Shown one piece after another: positions 28,015 to 46,051 of a stretch of 64,000 nucleotides of DNA. Made by a program: the position numbers and the translations under genes. Below the pieces are notes generated by a model that was given only the letters and a program-made list of their open reading frames with translations, ran no database searches and was not told where the DNA came from. Origin of the DNA: the human T2T-CHM13v2.0 reference genome, Homo sapiens; assembly GCF_009914755.1 (NCBI RefSeq), contig NC_060940.1; one strand, 5' to 3'. Numbering within the stretch: the first letter of the stretch is position 1; the number at the start of each line of letters is the position of its first letter.

Positions 28015-29095
28015 CAGCACTGTGGTCTGCAGGTTAAGAGTTAAATCTGGGGCACCAGTAAACTTTAGCTCTAAATGGAGTCTACCACATTCTTAGACGT
28101 CTGACCTCTTAAGTTTCAGCTTTCTTGTCTGTGCAATGGAGTGGGGTTGGAAAACAGGCTTGGCATAAAGATTAAATGAGATGATCCACATCAGGGACTT
28201 GCACAGGCTTCAGACCTGGAAAGGACTCAATAAATATTAGCTACTATTGTTATTATTATTATTTTCCATTTTAACCAGATGCCAATTTTTGTGCAATGGC
28301 GTAAGACCAGAGAAGCCAGGCAGAACTCAGATGACAAAGAGCCCATTCTGGATTTGAGTGTGTAGTTAAATTCTGCCCAGTAGGGTACAGAGGAAGGAAC
28401 ACCCTCATGTTGAGTGCTCACACGGCTCCAGGTGCTGCAGGTTTTGGAAGGAACAAATGCAGCCCTACCTTCTAGGTACTTAGCTTAGTGAGATTCAGGC
28501 AACAACCCACATCATTCTGAATGCAAGAAAGACTGTGATTAGGTTCTCTAAAAGGGGTGCAAAGATATCACGAGAGCATAAGTGGGAATCATCAATTTCA
28601 CTTAAAATACTAAGAAGAGGTGACATTAAAATGCATCTTTAAAAAAGAGCTATTAAAAAATGAGTCCAAACCTGTTTCTGATTCTAGAAGTGCCATCAGT
28701 TTCCTGGCTGTGACATCTGGGTGAATTGCTAACCTCCCTAAGCCTCAGCTTTCTTATCTATTAAACAGGGATAATATAATACCTATTGCTTAGAGCTGTT
28801 GTGGGGTTTATGGAAGATAATCCATGTAAAGGGGCTTACCCAGGACTATGCCAGGAACTGGTTCAATAAATCACTGCTATATATTAGTATTATTTCAAGA
28901 CTGTTTTATAGAATACAAAGCACTTTCTTACAGATTATCTCGTTTGATCCTTAAAACATCCTTGTAACATTGGCAAGATGAACAACTATCATTCTGCTTT
29001 AACTGGCGAGGAAACTGAAGTTTGAAGAGATAAGTTTATCAAATCACAAACAACCGGTATGGGTGCTAGTAAGGGCTCAATGCCAAATCCAATAC
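28015..29095. mobile_element. Cluster of MIR fragments (~28015-28262 +, ~28660-28895 +, ~28900-29095 -)
   Basis: MIR core motifs CCTCAGCTTTCTTATCT, GATTAAATGAGAT, GAGGAAACTGA. Confidence 0.65.
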
Positions 29096-29181
29096 CCTGA
29101 ACACATCTCCCCTCATTTTTCTCTGGTGAACGCCCTCAGAAGATGTAATTGTTATATTGGTTTTAAAGCTATGGTTTCTTT

Positions 29182-29505
29182 TTTTTTTTTAAATCAGAAT
29201 CAAATTGTTTTATTGTTATTGGGATGTGGTCATTTCTTCAGTCAAATCTGCTTATGGAAGTAGGTAGGATCAGATTAAAATCTAAATAAATTGAATTTGC
29301 AATAATTATGTGGAAAATCATAGCTGAAAACAATTTAGAAGATTGACTTGGTTCACTACAGCAGTATTCACATTAGCTAAAACATGGAAGCAATGCAAGT
29401 ACTGATCGACAGATGAAGGGACAAGCAAAATGTGGTGTATACTTACAAGGGAATATTACTTAGCCTTAAAACAGAAGACAATTCTGACACATGCTACAAC
29501 ATGAA
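29182..29505 (-). pseudogene. Orphan polyadenylated retrocopy or L1 3' transduction
   Basis: Perfect 18-bp TSD (29164-29181, 29506-29523), T12 tail, minus-strand AATAAA 18 nt from the tail. Confidence 0.85.
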
Positions 29506-29932
29506 TAAAGCTATGGTTTCTTTATAACTTCAGTGCTTCTTTCATTCAAATGAAACCTCATGGAAACCCCTAACTTAGGCAATAGTAAATAGAACTGCTC
29601 TGTTGAAAGACTGAAGACTGTAAGATTCTCTCCTTTCCTTTTCCCCAATGGCTCCATAGAACCCAACTTGAGAAAATAAAAAAAGAAATAAACAGACTTT
29701 AAGAAACAGACTTAAAGGAAAGTTCTGGATTTGGAGTGTGGAGAACAGCACAGGCAAGGGCTTTGTGGCCTGTAAGTTCATGGTCTTTTCACAAGCGCTC
29801 AAAGAGTCTGATGCTTCATTCTTGGCCGGATGAGCTTGCACAAGGCAGTGTGGTTGTCTGGAAGTCTAGTGGCCTGAGCCTTATAGAGTCAGAGTGCATG
29901 ATGTTTCCTAGCTGTGGGACCCTGGGCATGCT

Positions 29933-30232
29933 TCTTTTTTTTTTTGTTTTAAAGATGGCGTTTCACTGTCGCCCAGTTTGTAGTGCAGTGGTGTGATCTT
30001 GGCTCATTGCAGTCTCACCTCCCAGGTTCAAGGGATTCTCCTGCCTCAGCCTCCCAAGTAGCTGGGACTACAGGCATGTGCCACTGCCCCCGGCTAATTT
30101 TTTTGTATTTTTAGTAGAGAAGGGGTTTCATCATGTTGGCCAGGCTGGTCTTCAAGTCCTGACCTCAGGTGATCCACTTGCCTCAGCCTCCCAAAGTGCT
30201 AGGATTATAGGCGTGAGCCACTGCATTTGGCC
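29933..30232 (-). mobile_element. AluS inserted in a MIR
   Basis: Dimeric Alu, TSD TGCTTCTT; MIR sequence on both sides. Confidence 0.93.
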
Positions 30233-31319
30233 TTGCTTCTTAAATTCTCTCTGGCTCATCCTCTCATTCACAGTATGCAAGTAAAAATAACATTGACCTC
30301 ATGGGTTATTGTGAGAGGTAAATTTGATAATAAACATAGCATTTTGAAATATGCTTGCCATATAGTAAGTGCTCAAGAATCATTTATTGCAAATACTTTC
30401 ACCTTTTAGGGCCTCTCATTTCTGCAGAATAAGAATAATAATTTGTCAAGCGAGTTTTTGTCAGACTTAAATGGGGTAATGTATACAAAATGCCTGGCAC
30501 AGTGCCTGGCACATGACTAACTAAATAGAAGTCATCATAATGAGAAGAATAGTGAAAATGATAATTATCTGGGTGACTTTACTCTTTTCTCTGAATCCTA
30601 ACTTTCCCCATTAAAACACATCCTGTCTTGTGTTCCCAGTTTTCTCTTCTCTCCACTGCCCCTGCTCACACATGAAGGATCTTTGCTGTTTCTGACGTCA
30701 GTCCCTGGACCCTTTCCACAGGAAAGGCTCATGTCCTCCAATTACACCAATACCATTGACCCAGGCCCTTTGGCAATCCTGGCGCTTTCCATATTAATTT
30801 GACATCTGCACTTCACCTTGAAAATATGCTAATTGCAGCAGGGATCTGAAGACTGTATGAAACACGGGTTTGCAAGAGTCTATGGTGTGCTAGCGATAAT
30901 TGCAAATTTAAATCCCTTTGAGAAGATGTACAAAAACCTCTGACCACTCCCATCAGCCCAGAAGAAATTAGAATCTCTGAAATCAAGTGAAATGAACCAA
31001 GTGAAAGGAGAAAATATCATTTCTAAAGAAAAAAGCTCTGAACTTTATTATTTAAAATCTCCCTAAAAACGTTTGATTCAGAAACAGTGATTTTTAGCCC
31101 ATTCATTTACATTAGGCAATTAATTTTTCAGAATTAGTATTCTGAAAAAAAAAATGGATCCAATCTTATTTTACAGAGACAAGTTTAATTTAAAATATAA
31201 GTAAATAAAAAGGAGAATTGTAGGCAAAAGTTCATTGTGTTTTATTATCATCAAAGGAACACTAATTTAAACTAAGCTGGCAGTGCCATTGAATAAGAAA
31301 AAATATAATCTTAAATTTG

Positions 31320-31770
31320 AAGAACAACTTTATTGAGGTATTTTTTATGTATCATAAAATTCTCCTATTTCACGAGTGCAACTCAATGAGTTTTAGTAAA
31401 TTTACTGAGTAGTACAACCATCAACTTAAATCAGTTTTAGAGCATTTTCACTCCCCTAACAAGATCATGTTTATTTACAATTAATCCTCATTTCTACCCC
31501 CGGTCTCTGGCAACCACTAATTTACTTTCTGTCTCTATAAATTTGGCCTTTATGGACATTTCATGTAAATGGGATCCTGTAATATGTGGCCTCTTGTGTG
31601 TGGCTTCTTTGACTTGGCATAATGTTTTTGAGCTTCGTTCATAATGTACTATGTGTCAGTAGTTCCTTTTTATTGCTGGATAGTGTTTCATTGTATCGAT
31701 AGACCATGTTTTGCCTATCCATATGCCAGCTGATGGCATTTAGGTTGTTCCCAGTTTTTGTGTATTGTGA
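31320..31770 (-). mobile_element. Ancient L1M 3' end
   Basis: AACAACTTTATTGAGGTA...GGCAACCACTAATTTACTTTCTGTCTCTATA. Confidence 0.8.
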
Positions 31771-32564
31771 TGTAATCTTATTTTTACAAGACCAAATGTT
31801 TTACAGTCTGGTCCTCTGTTGGCTCTTCTCTCCTGAGCCTAAACAACATGGGAAGTTATGGAACAGAGCAGAAGGCAGCACCTATTACAACCCATGGCTT
31901 CCGAAGTGTCTATCTTCCTCAGCTTTCTTTGTTCCACTCTGTTTAATATACTACATCAGAAGAAGAGCAGCATTTTCGAAGCCTAGTTCAGGTCCGTAAC
32001 TATAAGGAACCACAGATGATTTTAATGGACAATGGGGAAGGCAGAGTGCTGAATGTTCTGTGGTGCAGGTCAAATCCCCCACCCACATTTTGCAAAACTT
32101 CCTCTGTCAAAATTTTCTTCTCATCCCAATTGAGGCCATATGTTGAAAGTAAGTGGGTGAGGAACCCCCCAGCTGAGATTATTCATTTTGTCTATTCTTG
32201 CCCACATTTTAAATATAAATGTGAACCTATCATGAAAGTGCCAAAAGCTCAGTTGGTTGTACTTTCATGGTTTACGCTTTGCTGCAGCAACATTATTCAT
32301 CTTGCCCAGGATGGCATAAGAGAGAGTATTTAAAACCCCAAATATCTCCAAAGGATCTCAGGCAATGAAATGATAAAGAGATAGAGGTAGAGAGAGAGAA
32401 GCAAATAGAAAATAGGAATGAATTCAGCTGTAGATATTTTCAATTGCATGGTCTGCATTTGATAGAATCCATTTACTTCTGAGCAGCCAACATTAGCCAA
32501 GTGCCTATTACATGTAGAATGCAGAATCCTCAACCATTAGCTGGGGGTGCAAAGATAAAAATGT

Positions 32565-32930
32565 TCATCCATTCGATTGCTAACAATATTTATTGAGTAA
32601 CAATTTTGTTCAATGCACTCTAAGTACTAGGCATTTAAAAGTGCGAACCAACTTGGTGCTTGTCCTTGTGGACCTAGCAGCCAACTGGGGAGCAAGATAA
32701 AGAGTCAATAAAGAAATATACAAAAGAACTACATAGCGATAAATGCTATGAAGAGATAAGAAACCAGGATATTGAGGAGGAGGGTAAGGAGAGGGTGACC
32801 TCTGAGAGGGTGACATTTAAGCTGAGTTCTAAAGGAAGGGAGGAAATAGAGTGAGAGAAAGAACATTCCAGGCAGAATCAACAACAAGGACAAGGGACCC
32901 TGGAGGAAAGGGACACAGCATCGTTCTTAC
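32565..32930 (-). mobile_element. L2 fragment
   Basis: ATATTTATTGAG...GGTGACATTTAAGCTGAG...CATTCCAGGCAGA. Confidence 0.7.
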
Positions 32931-34703
32931 CCTCAAGGATCTCACATGCTCCTAGGGAAGATGGACAAAGTAGTATGTGAAAAAAAAAAACAACATACAT
33001 GGGTTAGGTACTGTGTGGACGAGAAGAAGTAGCTCAGAATGATCTTTTGTGGGTCATAGGAAAATAAGAGTTTAATGGCTGAACTGATGAATGAATAAGT
33101 TACTGAATGGACAGATGGACAGGTGACTGAGAGACTGACAACACAAGGATGCATAAATTGAAAGAAGCCTTTTTGATAGATGGAGAGAGAATGATTTATT
33201 TATACTCCAAGGATAGGATTGTGTAAGAGAGAAGGCATATAGGATGGATGGGAAGGAAGGGAGAGAGAGTTGAAAGTATTTTCCAGTCTTATGCTTGTTT
33301 CCCCCTTAGGGGCTAGCTCTGAGTGGCTTCTTGCATTCTAATTTGAAGAACCCTTCTCTACACAATTCAGGCATGAAATGAGAGCATCTTCCACCTCTGT
33401 GACAGCTGTCTGGCGAGCAAAGGAAAATTAATTAACTGGCACGAATGGCCTGCAGGTCAGATTTTCCACATAAATGACGCATAAAACAGTTGTATCTTTT
33501 AAGATTGGATTCATTTTGAGAGAGTAGGGGAGGCAGAATATATGAACCCAGAGTAATTCAATGAAAATGATCTTTATCTGCAAAGCCACTTATACCTGAA
33601 TTCACACATACGACACACAAATATGTTTGTTGACCTTTTTTTCTTTCTTAGCTTTTGAGCAAAGGCCTTGTCTTAGAAGATTAACAAGAGAGGCAGTAGA
33701 CATTATGTCCAGTGCTGCTGGATTGCACCGCTCTGGGTTGCAACATCCTTCTGTGTTACGCCACATGGCAGTCCTGACAACTGTATACATTATGTGATAG
33801 CCTCCGTGGGCCAAGGCCAAATAGACTATCAGTATCAAAAATCATTCGAACCATTCACAGTTGGCCAATTTCCAACCTGATGGATTCTCTACATATCTAG
33901 AGAATAAACAAGGGTGGTCCTTGGAAACCTGAACTTTTTGATTTCCCTTCAGAATTATTTGCTGTCATTCCAAGAGGAAATGAATATATTCCATCAATAC
34001 AGGAACCCCAGAGTGCAAATGCAATTTCCCACAGCACAAGCAACAACTCCAGAAAAGGCTCTTAAGCTTCCCACTCATGGCCAGTAAAATTCTTTTGTCT
34101 GATAGCATTAATAAAAATGACACATGGAGCATACGCTCAAGTTGCAAAATGGGACATTTCTGGCTCTTACTTTGTTTAAATTATTCTCTTATTATATTTT
34201 ATTCTTTCAGATCAAAATGAAATTAACATACATGGAGGCCACTGCATAGTGGTTACCATAACAGGCCACAGCCCCAAATTACTTCATTTTGCTCTCTGTA
34301 AGCAGAGAGCAATTGTTCTCCAACAGGCAGAGATTTCTGGGTGGACTGTGCTGATGCCCAGTCCTGAGATAAAAGAAGGGATAGAGGTGGGAAGTGGAGT
34401 CAGAGCATGCAGATTAAGCTTGACTCCTTTGCATGGCTATTGCCTTCTAAACCTTATTTTTTCTTTCTCTTCAGTTTCACCCACCTCACAATGACTTCTG
34501 ATTTGTTTTCAAAGCACAGGATCTCTTCTTGTGCAAAGCACTCTTGTACCCTTCCTTCCCTGCCCTAGGTACCTGCTGGGGTCTTTCTTCCTCTTTAGCA
34601 TTTTGCACTTACTATCATTGCATATGAAAAATTTATATAAATTGAAATTATTTTGTTAATCTCTCATTTGGGCTCTGTGATTCACAAAAATAGGGGCTGA
34701 TTG

Positions 34704-35444
34704 TGAAACCACCTTTGCAAAAACTGTAACAGTGAGAAAATTATGGCAATGAAGGAGATCTGATCTGGCCAACTCTCATGTTGCCTTTGGCCTTCAAGCT
34801 GCCCTTAATGATTCCTGGGCTTAGGCCAAGCTAACTTTGGGAGACATTTAGTTTATAGTTTAAATGTTAATAGCCCTTCTCCCAAACTCAACCGCCTTTA
34901 GTAAAGCTAGTGAGAGACCACCAGGCTAGGATGGTAGACGAGCCTGAATTATACTGAAGTATGGACATAAATCATCACCAGCCATTATTCTGGAGGTCAC
35001 AAGATAATGCAACTCCCTCAATTACTCCTGCAGGTAACATCACAATTGTAGAACCTAAGATTGCCCTTTTGAGATATCTTTTCAGGTTTTTGCATGTCTG
35101 ATGACCAGTGGCTCCACCTGGAACACCAACCACTCCTGTGGTCACCCACCCAGAAGGAACTCAGTGCCCAAGAGAACCATTTCCCACACCCCTATGATTG
35201 CACCCCCAGCCAATCAGCAGCAAGCACTCATTGCCTAGCAATTCCCACCCCTTACTCCCAAACTACCTTTGAAAAACCCCTAACCTCTGAGCCTTTGATG
35301 AGATTGATGGGAGTAATAACTTTGTCTCCTATGTGGTGTGGCCAGCGTCTTGTCAATCAAACTCTTTATTTACTGCAATGCCATAGTCTCCATGAATTGA
35401 TTTTGTTTGTGCAGTGGGCAGGAAGAACCCGCTGGGTAGTTACA
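34704..35444 (+). mobile_element. Solo LTR8-family ERV1 LTR
   Basis: TGAAACCACCTTTGCAAAA...GGGTAGTTACA; TG..CA ends; 4-bp TSD ATTG. Confidence 0.88.
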
Positions 35445-35654
35445 ATTGTGCAGATTGTTTTCTCCTGTTATTCCTATCCATATTGTAGCCACTTAGAAAA
35501 TGAATAAATATGTAGTAACACCCAGAAATTTGTCCCCATTCTAGCAATTTTCACTGAATCTAAACTTTTTTCTCCATCTTTATTTCTACTTAGTCTACAC
35601 TAATTTTAACATGTTTCTGGTATTTCTTCAACTGATTTCCTAGAAAAATTAATT

Positions 35655-36022
35655 TTAATTTTAGTTGAGATTCAGGGGCATATGTGCATGTTTGTTATAT
35701 AGGTAATTGTATATTGGTGGGATTGGGCTTCTAATGTACCCATTATGCAAATAGCGAGGATTGTACCCAATAGGTAATTTTTCAGTTCTCCCACCTGTTC
35801 CCCTTTTGAAGTCCCCAGTATCTATTATTTTTGTCTTCATATCCATGTTTACCTATTGTTTAGCTCCCGCTGGTAAGTGAGAACATGTTTTTTTTTCTCC
35901 CAACCCCGAGTTAGTTCATTTAAGATAATGGCCTCCAGCACCATCCACGTTGCTGCAAAGGACATGATTTCTTTCTCTTTTATGGCTGTGTAGTATTCCA
36001 TTATGTATGTATACCACATTTT
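35655..36022 (-). mobile_element. 5'-truncated L1MA/L1PB 3' end
   Basis: L1 3'UTR motifs TTTAGCTCCC, GATAATGGCCTCCAG. Confidence 0.85.
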
Positions 36023-36254
36023 CCTGGGAAAAATTTTTTCAGGTACTTTTAGGTAGAAACTCTGTGACCTTTGCCTGGATTCCTGTAGCAGCCAGCCTTT
36101 ACTCTTAGGGTAAATGTAGCTTTCTCTCCATGTATCCTCTAAAATGCCTGCAGATTAATATTTCTAAAACCGTAATCCTTACCCTGCTTCACACAAAATC
36201 AAAACCAACCAAACAAAACTTTTAATTTATTTCTGTTGCCTTAAGAGAAAACTT

Positions 36255-36607
<353 letters not shown>

Positions 36608-36801
36608 TTAGAATCCCAGTGCCATCCTAACTAGTTCCATAAATTTTCAGCTGTATGAGCCTTGGATAAGCAATTTAGTTTATCCAAATCTCAGTTTATC
36701 CATCTGAAAAATGGGGATAATAATAGTAGCTGTCTTTCAGATCAAGTGTGATAAAGCATGAAACGTGTAGAACAGGGGGTATGGCTTTTAACTATAATAA
36801 A

Positions 36802-37246
36802 TGTTGTGGGTAGTGACTATCTGGGGCTGGTGTCGTGTACATGGTGAAAAGAAATTACCAAGTCATAGGTAAAGAAAGGCAGATTTATTAGAGAAAGTAG
36901 GAAAATACATTGTATTTGACAATAGGCAAGTCAGCAAGAGAGGAGCTGACTGCAAGGAGAAAAAGGCTTGCTGGGGATTTTATAGGACGGTGCTTGTGCT
37001 GTGTGCTGAAGGGGGCTTTGAGCAGTACTGATAATGCCAAGGTTGCAGTGAACTCACTTGCATTTTTCTATCAGCCAAGGTGTCTGGTGATAGCTGGGTA
37101 CAGGAAGATTGTCAGTTATTTGCGCAGGAGGGCTATGTGTCCTGGACCATGAAGAAAGGCAGACTTACTACTTATCTGCTTCTTTTTTTTTTGGCTTTCC
37201 CTTGGTCCTGCCAGCCCAACTCCTTTTCCCTAATTAGGACCCCACA
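36802..37246 (-). mobile_element. Solo ERVL-class LTR (LTR47/MER54 group)
   Basis: Minus strand starts TGTGGGGTCCTAATTAGGGAAAAGGAG; TG..CA ends. Confidence 0.7.
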
Positions 37247-38186
37247 ATTAATATGTAATCCTTCATTTCATCGTTTATTGTTTCTTTTCTTTCTACCCCC
37301 ATTTCTTCTTACTCTGTTCCTACTTTCCCCTCCTCTTTAAATTCATTCATTCACTTATTCTTTCATTCAACACCAGCAGTTACAGGATTAGTATATCATA
37401 GACTTTTCCATGATGAAGAACTTTGAAAACGTTTCTCTGTAGAAATTCTACAGAAAACTGTTAGGCGGGATCTAAAATTTGTGCTCTTGCTAATGACTGT
37501 GGTACCTGTGCAGAAAAACCTTATAAACACTGGTAGGATTACAGGATCAGAAAGGACAGCAGGTCGCCCTCAGATATCAGAAAAGAGATTGCTGGAAACA
37601 AATCTATGGTCTCACTCCTTGGAGAGCATGCTCTGATTTCAAAGGACCAAAGCTTTGGTATGATGAGTTAGCATTATAGCCTTGTCATTTCTGCCTTCCT
37701 TTTGTGAGTTCATTCCCAAACTCAGAATGAGCCATTTCATGCAAATGATTTTGCTTCCAGGTTTGGGGGCTCCATAAGTTTCCATTGTTTTATGGAAAAC
37801 AATAAATTTTATTCATTTCTTCTGTTATTTATTCAACAAAGTGTCATGTACCTATTGATTGCCCAGGACTAGGGGTAAAGACAAATGAGATGTATTTGTC
37901 CCGAGGGGGACAAATGATGGGGGAAGGTTGTAATGTGGATGGAAAGCAGATGCTTCATGCTTTTTCTTTTAGCATATGTTTATGCAGTAGTTCCAAATCA
38001 GCTGACTCACTTGGGAAAAATATCACATTTATGTGCCAATGCAGCAATCTACCTACAATAACCTAAAATTATAAGTATTAATTATATGTTTGATCTCACA
38101 TGAATCAAGAGGTATTAAGGTTTTTCTTTTCCTGATTTTCTTGGCAATGTCTCCTGACCTCACCCTGATTCTCTGTGTATGAACAG

Positions 38187-38602
38187 TGATATGGTTTGGA
38201 TCTGTGTCCCCACCCAAATCTCGTGTCGAATTGTCATTCCTAGTGTCGGAGGTGGGGCCTGGTGGGAGGTGATTGGATCATGGGGACAGTTTCTCATGAA
38301 TAGTTTAGCGCCATCCCCCTGGTGCTGTTCTTGTGAGAAAATTCTCACGAGATCTGGTTGTTTAAAAGTGCGTAGCATCTACACCCTCCTTCTCTTGCTC
38401 TTTCTCTAGCCCTGCGAAGTGCCCCTCCCCCTTTGCCTTCTGCCATGATTTTGAGTTTTCCTGAGGCCTCCCCAGAAGCTGAGCAGATGCCTCTATGCTA
38501 TCTGTATAGCCTGCAGACCCGTGAGCCAATGAAACCTATTTTCTGTATAACGTACCCAGTCTCAGCTATTTCTTTATAGCAGTTTGAGAATGGACTAATA
38601 CA
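38187..38602 (+). mobile_element. Solo MSTA/MSTB MaLR LTR
   Basis: TGATATGGTTTGGATCTGTGTCCCCACCCAAATCTC...GGACTAATACA. Confidence 0.9.
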
Positions 38603-39304
38603 GACATGATGCCAATTATAATAATAACAGGCCAGATAACAATGTAGGCGGAGCTGAGGCTCTAGAGCCAGAGAGACCTGGGTTCAAAACCAGTTCTAAA
38701 CAATGCGTTGCTGGACAAGTTACTCAACCTATGCAGAAGATGTAGAATGGACCCATCTTAGGGCACTGTCAGTGCTGTGAAGAATAGGTGAGATAATGTA
38801 TTTGAGGCATTCAGCCCAGAGTTATTGCATGGTAGTTACTCACTCAATGGAGTCTCTCCCATTTTTCCTCTCTTACAATGTAGTACTGTGCCATTCATGG
38901 CAGGGGCTTCACTTTAAGTTGCTGTGGCCTTTATCATGTGGTGCTGCTTCTGTCCCTGCTGGGGCAAGAATTGAATGCTCTCACATCTCACCAGGGTTTT
39001 CTTCACCTTGGGGGTCTGAGCCCTGTAGATTCACCCTGAGGCTGTGGATTCCTGGGAAAGGCATAAAGAGATAGCTAAAGGAAGGGATAGAGTGAAGCCT
39101 CCCCACTGTTCCTCTCACTGCAACTCCACACTCAGAGGCCCTGCCTTATGAGGAGCTCTGTGGAGATGGCTTCCTCAGACCCTTTCTAGCTGTATCCCTG
39201 GCACAGAGTGAATCAAATGTGGCATACATCTTCCAGGACACCTTTAGCCTGCTTGTGCAAAAAATGTTGAATCTTAATAGCATGCATCTTCTTGATGATT
39301 TTAA

Positions 39305-39845
<541 letters not shown>

Positions 39846-40845
39846 TGATGGTTGTGCCTTGGGTGTGTGGGTGTGGGAGGCATGTGTATGCAGGTGGCAT
39901 GTCATGCAGTGCTCAGTGTGTTTGGTATGAATGTGTGGAGGGCATGTGTATGAATGTAATATTGTGAGTGTTAGTAATCCTGTGGTAGGCACTGTGTACA
40001 TGCCTGTGTGGGTGACACTGCCATGCATGTGTAGTTGTAATAGACATGTGGTGCCATGAGTGTGAAAGGTATGTGTGCCCCTGCATCCACCTTTTTATCT
40101 GTTAGTTTTGCATCTTCCAGCTGCAATGCACAAATATGTTATAGCCTAAAATAATTCTTATAAACCAAAACATTTGGTCTCTGCAGCTCAGCTGTATGGA
40201 AATTGGCATCTACTCTGTGGCAGGGTGTTGATTGCTAAAGGTGAGGCTTTGGGGAGATTCCCAGCTATCTGGAGGCATGTTGAGATGACTCACCTGTGCA
40301 GATGGAAACACTCCTGAGATCTTAGTGTTTCACGTTGATCACAGCCCTTGCTCTGCTTTTTGACTTTTTTCACATCCTAATAATAGAACCATCAGGATCT
40401 TATTTAGTCTTTGTATTGACTCACAAGCCCCAACTTTCATAATTTGCAAAAAGAACTGGAGAGTTGGCAGCAATTAAAGATATGTTTTTTAAAGCCCCAA
40501 ACAGCTTAGATGTATTTTCTCAGGAATAATGTCATGTTAATTTGAGTGTCTGCACTGCCCACAACTCCATACTTGGCCTACACTGAAGTGCTTTGTGCCT
40601 TAGCTGGGAGGGAATCAATGTGGGATTTTTTTTTTATTATTATTGTACTTTAAGTTCTGGGATACATGTGCAGAACATGCAGGTTTGCTACATAGGTATA
40701 CACGTGCCGTGGTGGTTTGCTGCACTCATCAACCCGTCATCTACATTAGGTATTTCTCCTAATGCCATCCCTCCCCTATCCCCAACCCTGCTGACAGGCC
40801 CAGGTGTGGGATGTTCCCTGCCCTGTGTCTGTGTGTTCTCGTTGT

Positions 40846-44961
<4,116 letters not shown>

Positions 44962-45024
44962 TATGATGCTAGCTGGTTATTTTGCCCATTAGTTGATGCA
45001 GTTTCTTCACGGTGTCGATGGTCT

Positions 45025-46051
45025 TTACAATTTGGTATTTTTTTTTGCAGTGGCTGGTACTGGTTTTTTCCTTTCCATACTTAGTGCTTCCTTCAGGAGC
45101 TCTTGTAAGGCAGGCCTGGTGGTGACAAAATCTCTAAGCATTTGCTTGTCTGTAAAGGATTTTATTTCTCCTTCACTTATGAAGCTTAGTTTGGCTGGAT
45201 ATGAAATTCTGGGTTGAAAATTCTTTTAAGAATGTTGAATATTGGCCCGCACTCTCTTCTGACTGGTAAGGTTTCTGCAGAGAGATCTGCTGTTAGTCTG
45301 ATGGGCTTCCCTTTGTGGGTAACCCGATCTTTCTCTCTGGCTGTGCTTAACATTTTTTCCTTCATTTCAGCCTTGTTGAATTTGACAGTTATGTGTCTTG
45401 GGGTTGCTATTCTCAAGGAGTGTCTTTGTGGTGGTCTCTGTATTTCCTGAATTTGAATGTTGGCTTGTCTTGCTAGGTTGGGGAAGTTCTTCTGGATAAT
45501 ATCCTGAAGAGGGTTTTCCAACTTTGTTCTATTCTCCCCCTCACTTTCAGGTACACCAATCAAACGTAGGTTTGGTCTCTTCACATAATCCCATATTTCT
45601 TGGAGGCTTTGTTCATTCCTTTTCATTCTTTTTTCTCTAATCTTGTCTTCACGCTTTATTTCATTAAGTTGATATTCAATTTCTGATATCCTTTCTTCCG
45701 CTTGATTGATTCAGCTATTGATACTTGTGTATGCTTCATGAAGTTCTCATGCTGTGTTTTTTCAGCTCCATCAGGTCATTTATGTTCTTCTCTAAACTGG
45801 TTATTCTAGTTAGCAATTCCTCTAACCTTTTTTCAAGGTTCTTAGCTTCCTTACATTGGGTTAGAACATGCTCCTTTAGCTCAGAGGAGTTTGTTATTAC
45901 CCACCTTCTGAGGCCTACTTCTGTCAATTTGTCAAACTCATTCTCCATCCAGTTTTGTTCCTTTGCTGTCAAGGAGTTGTGATTTTTTGGAGGAGAAGAA
46001 GGCGTTCTCGTTTTTGGAATTTTCAGCATTTTTGCACTGTTTTTTCCTCAT
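45025..46051 (-). pseudogene. L1 ORF1p relic (frameshifted)
   Basis: Fragments 45736-46029 and 45186-45626 match ORF1p. Confidence 0.9.

Noticed and set aside
37436-37915. Short palindromes TCTGTAGAA-A-TTCTACAGA (37436-37454) and ATTTGTCCC-GAGG-GGGACAAAT (37894-37915); also an 11-bp inverted repeat at 7043-7072
   Set aside because: Stems of 9-11 bp are too short for a miRNA or MITE, and there is no supporting context.
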